A stretch of 64,000 nt of DNA from Candidatus Aldehydirespirator sp. (GTDB lineage Bacteria > Actinomycetota > Acidimicrobiia > Acidimicrobiales > Aldehydirespiratoraceae): the NCBI GenBank assembly GCA_965204875.1, contig OZ242020.1:104992-168991 (forward strand), written 5' to 3'. The position numbers and the translations under genes are program-made. Below the pieces are notes generated by a model that saw only the letters and a program-made list of their open reading frames with translations, was not told the origin of the DNA and did not search any database. Within the stretch, counting starts at the first letter, position 1. Each line of letters opens with the position of its first letter. Positions 18,874 to 27,354 of the stretch are shown here, one piece after another.

Positions 18874-21513
18874 TTAGCCGGAGGGTTCGCTGAAGTTGAT
18901 GATGCCGACTGTGGCGGGTGTCTGGTCCCGGTCATCATCGGCGCCGGGGGCGTTGTCCCGCAAGCGGATCAGGAACAGGACACTGCTCTTGTCGCCCGTC
19001 TCAGTCTCGTCGGTGTCGTTCATCCAGGTTGAGAAGGTGAGACTGCCGTCCGCGCCGGTGTGGCGGGTGTGGCGGTACTGGTCCCAGTTGGGAGAAGACT
19101 GGACGGCTGAGGGCCAAACTTGGAAATCGTTTGACCCCCCCTCCCTCTTAACCCTGTTCGCGTGTTTCTTGCCGGGTTCGGGGAAGTAGATGCGTTGGAG
19201 CTCAAACGTGGCGCGGCTGGTGCCGTCGGCGCCGGCTGTGGTGTCAGAGTTGCCTGCTCTGAGTTGCACCGTGATGGCCACTTCGTCACCGTAATCGGCC
19301 TCAACGGGGGCGTTCTTGTTCTTTTTTGTGTCATCCCCCTTCTTGAACGACTTCTGCAGATCCGCGCCCTCCGACTTCACGGTGATGCTGTCAGCAGCCG
19401 TTCCAGAGGGAACGGTCACGGTCGGCGCGGACCCAGAAGTGATGCGGTCGCCCTCTGACACATGCACGTAGAACACATGCAACCGCTTGTTGTCCAGCAC
19501 CTTCCTGGTGTCCAGGTTGATGATCGCCGTAGAGGCCGGACCGTTGAACTCCTCGAGCACGCGGATCACGATCGTCTTCTTATCACCGGCAGTGCTCGGG
19601 TTCGGGTCCGCCGGCGCAGTGACAGGGAACGAGACCATGCCCGTACCGTCGGTCTTCAGCGTATATTCAGCATCGATATCATAATCACTAACGGTCTCGC
19701 ATTCAGCATCACCACATTGAGGATCGAGTCGGGTATAGCCGATGTACTCGGTGACCTCATGCATCTTATTCCGACGGGGACTATAACGCATCGCGGTAGC
19801 ATGTCCATCCACATCAAATTGCCAGGAATGCAGATTGACAGGGCTGGCACCGTCGACACCGAACGCGGCGCGCTTCAGCTTGTCACCGTCGTTCTCGTCG
19901 GTGTGCAACAACTGCACCGTGAACTGCGACCAATCACCGAACTTCATCTCAAAATAATGGGCACTCTCGCTGTCCGTAGCCTTCGTGTCCGCAACCTTGT
20001 CATCATCAGCCGTAATACGCAACGACTCCGCCGCCACCTGACTCAACGGCAAAGTCGTGGTCGTGGTAGTCGTAGTGGTCGTAGTCGTGGTAGTCGTAGT
20101 CGTCGTCGTGGTAGTCGTAGTCGTCGTGGTAGCCGGGGTGGTAGTCGTAGTCGTAGTAGTCGTGGTAGCCGGGGTGGTAGTCGTAGTAGTGGTAGCCGGG
20201 GTGGTAGTCGTGGCAGTCGTAGTAGTTGTCGCGACCGGGGCCGAACCACCACCGCCACCGCCTGCAGGGGCGGCGGGAACAACCGCGGCCGCGGCCGGCA
20301 CCGTGACAGCATCAGGATCACCGGCGATGCGCAACTCGAAACCATTCACCTCGCCGTTGTAACGGGTGCCGCGGTCGCCGGTCCAGACCCACACCGTCAC
20401 ACCCCGACCAATGGTCGACGCGCTCAACTCGTCCAGTTTGACATCGCCGTCGGCGCCGGTCACCGGGTCACGCGCATCGATCGCGCACGCCGTGGAGGTG
20501 CGGTTAACGCTGCGCACGAGAGCGTTGCACCCGCCCCGCAGATCAAACGCCCGATAGCGGCGCTGCGAACTCACATAGAACCCATCCACCGGCGCCCCCG
20601 ACACCGGCCTGAACGTCGCGTCGCGCACCGACACCACCACCACACCACCGTCGGCCTGCGCCGTCACACCCGCCGGACGCACCCCCGTGTGCGCCAGCGT
20701 GCGCTTGATGAACGACGCCATATTTTTGCGCGGCACCGGACCCTCAGGATCAAACCTCCTCGCATCCCCGGCGCTGCCCGTCGTGATACCAAGCTCATAG
20801 GCGTAACTCGCCGCAACACGCGCATCCCCCGCAGGCACATCTGCGAAATGATCCAGCGTCCCACCCGAACCCAGGATCAGCTCACCCGCCATCGCGCCGT
20901 CCTGATGGAACAGGCCGGGGCTGGCATGGCGCAGGAACCCGATCAGAGCCACCGCCATCTCGGCCCGCGTGATGCTCGCATCGGGCCTGAACGCCATCCC
21001 CGAGCCGGCCAAAATGTCGTTGCGAGCCAGCGCCAGGATCGCGTTGCGGCGCTCCTCGTCGAGATCGGCGACATCGTTGAAGTCGGCGGCGCCCGAGCCG
21101 CCTGTCAGATCCACCCCGGCGACCCCAGCAGCCCTGTGCAAGAACAACGCCATCTGCGAACGCGACACCTCAGACCCGGCATCGAACCGCTCGGCCGTCC
21201 TGCCCCTGGTGATCCCGTAATACGCGATGCAGTTGATCGCATCCTCAGCAACCAACCCCTCGACATCCACAAACCCAGCATCCTCCGACGCGTCACCAAA
21301 ACACGCAGAAAACACCGGCAACGCATCAGCCTCCGCGCGGTCGTCCCCCACAGGCGCAGCCCCGACCGGCGCAGCCACCACAACCCCACCAACCAGACCA
21401 GCCACCAACAACACACACCACAACAAACCACCACCACGACACCGGCGGCGGCGGCCGGCTACAACATCAGCAGCCCCCCCCCCCCGGGGCGAAGTACGAA
21501 CCATCAGAGACAT
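18874..21513 (-). CDS. SLH-domain surface (S-layer-like) protein with poly-Thr linker, paralog 1
   Basis: The conserved start MSLMV lies behind GGAGAGG. It is followed by an Arg-rich n-region and a hydrophobic signal, then three SLH-like repeats (FVDVEGLVAEDAINCIAYYGITRG..F.., FNDVADLDEERRNAILALARNDILAG..FRPDASITRAEMAV, and others). A poly-Thr/Pro/Ala linker of about 60 aa, a variable middle and a conserved C-terminus complete the protein. Confidence 0.8.
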   Translation of the reverse strand: MSLMVRTSPRGGGAADVVAGRRRRCRGGGLLWCVLLVAGLVGGVVVAAPVGAAPVGDDRAEADALPVFSACFGDASEDAGFVDVEGLVAEDAINCIAYYGITRGRTAERFDAGSEVSRSQMALFLHRAAGVAGVDLTGGSGAADFNDVADLDEERRNAILALARNDILAGSGMAFRPDASITRAEMAVALIGFLRHASPGLFHQDGAMAGELILGSGGTLDHFADVPAGDARVAASYAYELGITTGSAGDARRFDPEGPVPRKNMASFIKRTLAHTGVRPAGVTAQADGGVVVVSVRDATFRPVSGAPVDGFYVSSQRRYRAFDLRGGCNALVRSVNRTSTACAIDARDPVTGADGDVKLDELSASTIGRGVTVWVWTGDRGTRYNGEVNGFELRIAGDPDAVTVPAAAAVVPAAPAGGGGGGSAPVATTTTTATTTTPATTTTTTTPATTTTTTTTTTPATTTTTTTTTTTTTTTTTTTTTTTTTTLPLSQVAAESLRITADDDKVADTKATDSESAHYFEMKFGDWSQFTVQLLHTDENDGDKLKRAAFGVDGASPVNLHSWQFDVDGHATAMRYSPRRNKMHEVTEYIGYTRLDPQCGDAECETVSDYDIDAEYTLKTDGTGMVSFPVTAPADPNPSTAGDKKTIVIRVLEEFNGPASTAIINLDTRKVLDNKRLHVFYVHVSEGDRITSGSAPTVTVPSGTAADSITVKSEGADLQKSFKKGDDTKKNKNAPVEADYGDEVAITVQLRAGNSDTTAGADGTSRATFELQRIYFPEPGKKHANRVKREGGSNDFQVWPSAVQSSPNWDQYRHTRHTGADGSLTFSTWMNDTDETETGDKSSVLFLIRLRDNAPGADDDRDQTPATVGIINFSEPSG

Positions 21514-21700
21514 CAGCCTCTCCTCTCGAACACCGGCGGAACCCCGCCGACCCGAATCGACCGGCACGACCCTAACACCACCCGGCCGGCCACAAGCCAA
21601 CCCCGGCAGCACCAGCGCCGTGCCACCCACCAACATACCCCCCCCCCCCCCCCGCAACGCAACGCAACCACAACTCCTCAAGACCTTGAAGGGCCGGCAA
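21514..21700 (-). promoter_or_regulatory. Conserved leader/promoter module of SLH paralog 1, containing a poly-G tract
   Basis: About 170 nt are conserved upstream of all three SLH genes. The module includes a run of about 16 C on the plus strand (21638..21653) abutting aacata (TATGTT on the coding strand), and a GGCGG-GGTT-CCGCC hairpin just before the RBS. Confidence 0.5.
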
Positions 21701-21780
21701 GCGGAGCGGTGACCTCATCCAAGCGCCTAGCCGGAAGGGAGGGGAAGCAAGTCGGGCGAGCCTAGGCTGCCGGCACGCGC

Positions 21781-21810
21781 GGGAGGCCCGGCTGTGTTGC
21801 CGGGCCTCCC
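21781..21810 (-). terminator. Hairpin downstream of SLH paralog 2
   Basis: It has the same GGGAGGCCCGGC / GCCGGGCCTCCC stem as the hairpin at 18815. Confidence 0.6.
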
Positions 21811-21837
21811 GGTCGGTATGCCGTCTCGTGCTGGTGG

Positions 21838-24381
21838 TTAGCCGGAGGGTTCGCTGAGCCTCACGATGCCGCTCGTGACCGGAGTGTTGTTGAGGCTGTT
21901 GGCGGCGTTGGGAGCGTTGGTGCTTGAGCGGATCAGGAACACGACACTGCCTGTGTCACCGGCGGCGGTGTTGGGGTCGTCCATCCAAACCGAGAAGGTG
22001 AGACTGCCGTCAGCGCCAGTGTAACGGGTTCGCCGCCACTGATGCCAATCAGTGGACTGCTGGATAGACTCGGGTCTAACCTCCAAATTGCTTCCTCCAC
22101 TCCTTTTGATCCGATTCACGTGACCGGCCGACGGAAAGTAGCCGCGGTGAATATTGAACGCAGCGCGGCTCGTGCCATCCGCTCCAACGGTGGTGTCTGC
22201 ACCGTCAGCGTCCTTGAGTTGAACCGTGACAGTCACCTCATCACCATAATCGGCCTCCACGAACACCTTGCTGCTGTTACCGGACGTGAACGACTTGTCC
22301 GTCTTCGCACCCTTGGACGTCACAGTGATGCTCGCGGCCGCCTCGCCCGCGGGAACTGTCGTGGTCACCGCAGAGCCAGAAGTCGTACGAGCCCCCTCCG
22401 TCACAAGCACAACAACCACATGCAACCGCTTGTTCGGCAGACCCGTGAACGCGGGAGAAGCCGGACCGTTGACCTCCTCGACAATATGGAGCACCAGCGT
22501 AGCCCTGTCACCCGCAGCGCTTGGGTTCGGATCCGCCGGCGCTGTAACAGCGAACGAAGCCATCCCCGTGCCATCGGTCTTCAGAGTATGCTGAGCAACG
22601 TTATTCGGAGTTTCAGCGCAGGGGTCGCCGCCCCGAAAACCATCCACATAAGCATGGTCATTAGCGACAACTTTAGAAACAGCCTCAGAAATGCTGGTAC
22701 TACACGGAGAAAGGCCAACTCCACGACCCGTCCCGTTGACCTGCCGAACATCGACCAGCACCGGGTTCGTGCCGTCCACACCGAACGCGGCGCGCTTCAC
22801 CCTGTCACCATCGTTCTCATCGGTGTACAACAACTGCACCGTGAACTGCGACCAATCACCGAACTTCATCGCATAATAGGAAACCTTATTTTGATCAATG
22901 AGCCTGGAACCCGCAACAGTCTCATCATCAGGCGTGATGCTCAACGACTCCGCCGCCACCTGACCCAACGGCATAGTCGTAGTAGTCGTCGTCGTCGTCG
23001 TGGTGGTAGTGGTCGTAGTCGTCGTCGTCGTAGTCGTCGTCGTCGTAGTCGTCGTAGCAGTGGGCGTAGTCGTAGTCGTGGTGGTGGTGGTTGCCGGGGC
23101 GGAACCACCGCCGCCGCCTGCAGGAGCGGCGGGAACAACCGCGGTCGCGGCCGGCACCGTGACAGCCCCAGCCTCCCCAGCGATGCGCAACTCGAAACCG
23201 TCCACACTGCTGTCGTTGTAAGAATCGCCGCGGTCGCCGGACCACACCCACACCGTCACACCACGACCAATCGTCGCAGCGGTCAACTCGTCCAGCCTCA
23301 CATCACCGCCGGCACCGGTCACAGGATCACGCGCGTCGATCGCGCACACCGTCGAAGTGCGGTTCACGCTTCTGACGATCGCGTTGCACCCGCCCCGCAG
23401 ATCAAACGCCCGATAGCGGCGCTGCGAACTCACATAGAACCCATCAACCAACGCACCGGCCACCGGCGCGAACACCGCGTCACGCACCGACACAACCACC
23501 GTGTTGCCGTCAGACTGCGCCGTCACCCCCGCCGGGCGCACCTTCGTGTGCGCCAGCGTGCGCGTGATGAACGACGCCATATTCTTGCGCAGAACGGGAT
23601 CACCAGGCGAGAACAGGCTCGCGCCCGCCGCGCTGCCCCTGGTGATACCAAGCTCATACGCGTAGGAGACCGCCGTGTCCACACCCTCAGGCAGACCGCG
23701 ACGCGCGTCAGCGAAATGATCCAGCGTCGCACCCGAACCCAGGATCAGCTCACCGGCCATAGCGCCGCTCCGATGGAACAGTCCGGGGCTGGCATGGCGC
23801 AGGAACCCGACCAGTGCCACCGCCATCTCGGCCCGCGTGATGCTCGCATCGGGCCTGAACGCCATCCCCGACCCGGCCAAGATGTCATTGCGGGCCAACG
23901 CCATGATCGCGTTGCGGCGCTCCTCGTCCAAATCCGCGATGTCAGCGAAGTCGGCGGCACCCGAGCCGCCTGTCAAATCCAACCCCGCCATCCCAGCAGC
24001 CCTGTGCAAGAACAGCGCCATCTGCGAACGCGTCACCTCAGACCCGGCATCGAACCGCTCAACCGTCCTGCCCCTGGTGATCCCATAGTACGCCAGGCAG
24101 TTGATCGCAGCCTCAGCAACCAACCCCTCAGTGTCCACGAACCCCGCGTCACGCGTGGCATCACCCACACACGCCGAAAACACCGGCAACGCATCGGCCT
24201 CCGCGCCGCTGCTGCCCACAGGCGCAGCCCCAACCGGCGCAGCCACCACAACAGAACCCACCAAACCAACCACCAACAACGCAGACCACCATAAGCGAGG
24301 CTTACCCCCGCCACGGCGGCGGCCAGCTACAACATCAACCAGCCCCCCCCCCGCGGGTGAAGTACGAACCATCAGAGACAT
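21838..24381 (-). CDS. SLH-domain surface protein with poly-Thr linker, paralog 2
   Basis: The architecture and N-terminal half match paralog 1 (MSLMVRTSPAGGG...). The central region of about 200 aa has diverged. The C-terminus is conserved (...YTGADGSLTFS.WMDD...VVFLIRSSTNAP...SEPSG). Confidence 0.8.
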   Translation of the reverse strand: MSLMVRTSPAGGGLVDVVAGRRRGGGKPRLWWSALLVVGLVGSVVVAAPVGAAPVGSSGAEADALPVFSACVGDATRDAGFVDTEGLVAEAAINCLAYYGITRGRTVERFDAGSEVTRSQMALFLHRAAGMAGLDLTGGSGAADFADIADLDEERRNAIMALARNDILAGSGMAFRPDASITRAEMAVALVGFLRHASPGLFHRSGAMAGELILGSGATLDHFADARRGLPEGVDTAVSYAYELGITRGSAAGASLFSPGDPVLRKNMASFITRTLAHTKVRPAGVTAQSDGNTVVVSVRDAVFAPVAGALVDGFYVSSQRRYRAFDLRGGCNAIVRSVNRTSTVCAIDARDPVTGAGGDVRLDELTAATIGRGVTVWVWSGDRGDSYNDSSVDGFELRIAGEAGAVTVPAATAVVPAAPAGGGGGSAPATTTTTTTTTPTATTTTTTTTTTTTTTTTTTTTTTTTTTTMPLGQVAAESLSITPDDETVAGSRLIDQNKVSYYAMKFGDWSQFTVQLLYTDENDGDRVKRAAFGVDGTNPVLVDVRQVNGTGRGVGLSPCSTSISEAVSKVVANDHAYVDGFRGGDPCAETPNNVAQHTLKTDGTGMASFAVTAPADPNPSAAGDRATLVLHIVEEVNGPASPAFTGLPNKRLHVVVVLVTEGARTTSGSAVTTTVPAGEAAASITVTSKGAKTDKSFTSGNSSKVFVEADYGDEVTVTVQLKDADGADTTVGADGTSRAAFNIHRGYFPSAGHVNRIKRSGGSNLEVRPESIQQSTDWHQWRRTRYTGADGSLTFSVWMDDPNTAAGDTGSVVFLIRSSTNAPNAANSLNNTPVTSGIVRLSEPSG

Positions 24382-24560
24382 CTCAGCCTCCCCTTCTCTC
24401 GAACACCGGCAGAACCCCGCCGACCCGAATCGACCGGCACAACCCTAACACCACCCGGCCGGCCACAAGCCAACCCGGCAGCACCAGCGCTACACCAACC
24501 ACCAACATACCCCCCCCCGGGCAACGCAACCCACAACTCCACTGGGTTGGCGAAGCTCGC
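24382..24560 (-). promoter_or_regulatory. Conserved leader/promoter module of SLH paralog 2
   Basis: It is homologous to 21514..21700. Here the poly-C run is only about 9 nt (24510..24518). Confidence 0.5.
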
Positions 24561-24574
24561 CGCTGGTGCCGTGG

Positions 24575-26002
24575 TCAGGCGCCGAGCAGCAGGAGCAGGC
24601 CGATGACGGTGTAGAGGATCATCACCGCCAGCATCGGGTACTGCGAGCGTGTGGCCAGCCGCCGCGGCCAGCGCTCCACGGCCCGGTCGTGGGCGACGGC
24701 CACGCCCAGAACATGGCCTGTCGCGATCGCGGCGGTCTGCGTCCAAGCGATCGTGTCGGTGGAGACCAGCAGGTAGTCCACGCCGTAGGCGGCGGTGCCG
24801 AAGAGATTCCAGCCCCGACCGAAGGGATCCGAGGCCAGGGCGATGATCTGCTGTCCCTCCAGCAGCAGGTAGCTGAAATAGTGCGCGACCGTGTAGGCCG
24901 CCGCAATGGGAACGAGCGAACCGGCGAAGGCGCCGGCCAGTTCCCGCTCGCTGCCGCCGGTGATGGCGGCCATCACCGCGATCGCCGCCCGGTACAGCAC
25001 CAGGACCACCAACACCACGAAGGTCAGGCCCACCGTGTTGAAAGCGGTGAGCCCCCAACCCGTGCGAGTCTCGACCGCCGTCAGCCACAGCGAGCTGCGC
25101 GTGAGGCCGTCGAATGTCGTGGAGCCCAGCACGACGAGGATCAGCGCCGTCGAGCCCCGCTTGACCGGCAGCACGGCCAGGCCGGCCAGCGGCAGCCGCA
25201 TCCTCCAGGCGCCGCTCGGGTGGCGGTACAGCGGGGCGATGGCGGAGAGCTTGGTGAACAGCACGCCGAAGCCCTCGGCGTCGCGCACCCAGCCGCGCCC
25301 GAAGACCGCGGCGCCCACCATCAGCACAGCCGCATAGGCCGCCACGTAGGCGCCGAGAAACCTGGGCTCGGAAGGGTCGTGGTAGGCGAGTTCGATCCAG
25401 ACGAACACGGACAGCGCGGCGACGGCCCACCGCTGGTCGCCGGCGCCCCGGTCGGCCTCGGACACCGGGCGCCGTCTGAGGCGCGCCCAGAGCCGGGCCG
25501 ACGTGTCGGCGACCGTGGCGAAGGGGTCGAGCCCTCGCCAGACATCGCCTGCCGGCACCGACGCGACCTGCAGGCCGACCCAGAAGATGATGAAGATCGC
25601 CACCGGCGCGATGTTGACCGAAGGATTGATGTTGCCCCGGAGCCCGGCATACAGCAGCACGCCGAGGGCCAGCAGTCCCGCCGCGCGTGCGACCGGCACG
25701 AGCGCCCGGCCCGCCGTTTGCAGCGGCCCCGGAAGGTCGCGCCCGGCGGCCGCGGCCCGGAGCCTGGGACGCTCCCAGAACATGCCGAGCGCCACGAACG
25801 ACGCCACCACCACGAACGAGGCGGCCCAGGCCAGCTGCCAGGCAGGCACGGGCAGATCGAGCCGGCCGCCCACACCGTGGGCGGCAGCCCGGCCCGCGGA
25901 CGCCGGCACCATCACCGCGGCCAACGCCGGGACCGCTGCCACACGGGTCCACAGTCGCAGCCGTGGGCTACGGCGGCGAGGCTTCGACGGAGGCTGCGTC
26001 AT
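24575..26002 (-). CDS. Polytopic integral membrane protein of unknown function
   Basis: At least 10 hydrophobic segments and an N-terminal signal-like segment ending in AAAHG. I recognise no catalytic motif. Confidence 0.6.
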   Translation of the reverse strand: MTQPPSKPRRRSPRLRLWTRVAAVPALAAVMVPASAGRAAAHGVGGRLDLPVPAWQLAWAASFVVVASFVALGMFWERPRLRAAAAGRDLPGPLQTAGRALVPVARAAGLLALGVLLYAGLRGNINPSVNIAPVAIFIIFWVGLQVASVPAGDVWRGLDPFATVADTSARLWARLRRRPVSEADRGAGDQRWAVAALSVFVWIELAYHDPSEPRFLGAYVAAYAAVLMVGAAVFGRGWVRDAEGFGVLFTKLSAIAPLYRHPSGAWRMRLPLAGLAVLPVKRGSTALILVVLGSTTFDGLTRSSLWLTAVETRTGWGLTAFNTVGLTFVVLVVLVLYRAAIAVMAAITGGSERELAGAFAGSLVPIAAAYTVAHYFSYLLLEGQQIIALASDPFGRGWNLFGTAAYGVDYLLVSTDTIAWTQTAAIATGHVLGVAVAHDRAVERWPRRLATRSQYPMLAVMILYTVIGLLLLLGA

Positions 26003-26094
26003 CGCAGGGGGATGCTCGTGGAGCCCCGAACGGCAGGGACTTGCGGGGCGGCTCCGAGCCGAGGCGCGCGCTCACTGCGGACGCAGGCTAACGG

Positions 26095-26168
26095 TGGGCG
26101 ATACTGGACTTGAACCAGTGGCCTCTGCCGTGTGAAGGCAGCGCTCTAGCCGTCTGAGCTAATCGCCC
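26095..26168 (-). tRNA. tRNA-Val (anticodon CAC)
   Basis: The reverse complement GGGCGATTAGCTCAG...CTGCC-TTCACAC-GGCAG...GGTTCAAGTCC...ATCGCCCA folds as a cloverleaf. CCA is not encoded. Confidence 0.85.
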
Positions 26169-26197
26169 GCGACCGGTGAGACTACCACCGGCCCGAG

Positions 26198-27220
26198 TCA
26201 CATCGCTGCGACTCGAAGGGCCCGCTCCATCACATGGCGGCTGCCGAGCAGTCGGCGCAGCTCGTTCTCCAGGCCGGCTATCGGGTACAGGTTCTGCGGC
26301 GCGCGGGCGTCCTTGTGAGGCTGGCTGGCGTAGCGCGGCAGCAGTGCCGACACAGCGTCGGCGCGGCACACCGCGTCCGCGAGCGCACTCGGCGACGCCA
26401 TCTCGCAGCGCACGATGCCCGACCATGGATGCGCCGCGACAGCCGGCAGGCGCAGGTACCAAGACCAGCGAGCGAAGCCCGAGCCGCCGATGAAGAACAG
26501 CGGGGTCCGCTGGCCGGCCCGCAGCGTCGAGATCACGCGCTGCTCGCGGTCCGGCAGGTACTGGACGTGCTGGGTCTTCACGTACCCGACGCCGGCCGGT
26601 GCGCCGCGGCCCCGGATCGGCCCGTCGAAGACCACCAGTTCCGCTCCCTCCGGCGGGATGATCTGCGCAGCGGTTGGATCGAGCACCGCATCGCCTTCAT
26701 CCGTTCCCTCCGGCGGGACGATCCGCGTCTCCAGCGCGGTCATCTGGTCATGGATCGCCCGGTAGAGGTCGTCGGGCCCGTCGGCCGCGCAGGGAACCAG
26801 CTCGTAGGTGCCGTGGCGGGTGGCGATGGGGACGGTGGCATGGGACGCCCTGGCATAGAGCGCCCGGAACACCCTCGACCCCACCACCCGAGCCGCGTCC
26901 GGGTCACAGCGGACCGCACCGGCGGCGACCGACGCGCAGACGCCGGGGCGGACCCCGTCCCCGTCGGTGATCCAGATGCGGGCGTCTATGCGCCGCACGC
27001 CGTCCACGAACACGACGGACTCCACAGGCTCAGCGTGAGGCGCGGGGTCGACCGCCGACCACCGGCCCTCGGCGCGCTCGGAGTACAGGACGACATCGCC
27101 GGTCGCCTCCTCAAGGTGCTCCGAGTCGGCGGCCAAGCCGTACTCGGGCGCCCAGCTCTCAACCGTGAACCTCAACCGCGCCTCCGGATCACGCGTGCCA
27201 CCCTCTCGCAGCGCAGGCAC
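26198..27220 (-). CDS. nurA: NurA-like nuclease (putative)
   Basis: The protein is 340 aa and sits last in the herA-sbcD-sbcC operon, as nurA does in archaea. It has an N-terminal VFVDGVRRID segment that resembles the catalytic Asp motif of NurA. The assignment rests mainly on context. Confidence 0.5.
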   Translation of the reverse strand: MPALREGGTRDPEARLRFTVESWAPEYGLAADSEHLEEATGDVVLYSERAEGRWSAVDPAPHAEPVESVVFVDGVRRIDARIWITDGDGVRPGVCASVAAGAVRCDPDAARVVGSRVFRALYARASHATVPIATRHGTYELVPCAADGPDDLYRAIHDQMTALETRIVPPEGTDEGDAVLDPTAAQIIPPEGAELVVFDGPIRGRGAPAGVGYVKTQHVQYLPDREQRVISTLRAGQRTPLFFIGGSGFARWSWYLRLPAVAAHPWSGIVRCEMASPSALADAVCRADAVSALLPRYASQPHKDARAPQNLYPIAGLENELRRLLGSRHVMERALRVAAM

Positions 27221-27354
27221 CCCGGCCGTTCAACGGCGGCCGGCCCTCGTGCCGCCGCTTGCGCCACCCTCCCGCAGCGCAGGCGCCCCAGTCAACCGCT
27301 GTGAACCGCACCTCCCGGGCACGGCTCGGCCAAGACACAGCCCTCTTCCCCCCA

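Noticed and set aside
20040-20230. Short-period repeats (ggtcgtagt-like; also 2490..2590, 22975..23095 and 61055..61120) considered as a CRISPR or satellite array
   Set aside because: They are the antisense image of ACN-codon runs encoding poly-Thr linkers inside clear ORFs. They have no spacer structure and no cas genes.
21514-21681. 56-codon N-terminal extension of SLH paralog 1 (listed start 21681)
   Set aside because: The extension runs through the poly-G tract and the conserved non-coding leader. All three paralogs share GGAG-rich RBS plus ATG TCT CTG ATG at the position taken as the start. The equivalent upstream frames in copies 2 and 3 are not in frame.
19462-21765. Long Arg/His-rich plus-strand ORFs (also 22042..24294 and 60799..62694)
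   Set aside because: They are antisense shadows of the three SLH genes. The minus-strand products have signal peptides, SLH repeats and conserved termini.
18874-24381. Diversity-generating retroelement as the cause of the variable SLH cores
   Set aside because: No reverse transcriptase, template repeat or adenine-specific substitution pattern is detectable in the window. The variable regions differ by indels and wholesale replacement rather than point substitutions.
24372-25952. 526-aa minus-strand ORF in an alternative frame to 24575..26002
   Set aside because: It is Arg/Gly/Pro-rich with no hydrophobic periodicity. The 475-aa frame gives a coherent polytopic membrane protein.
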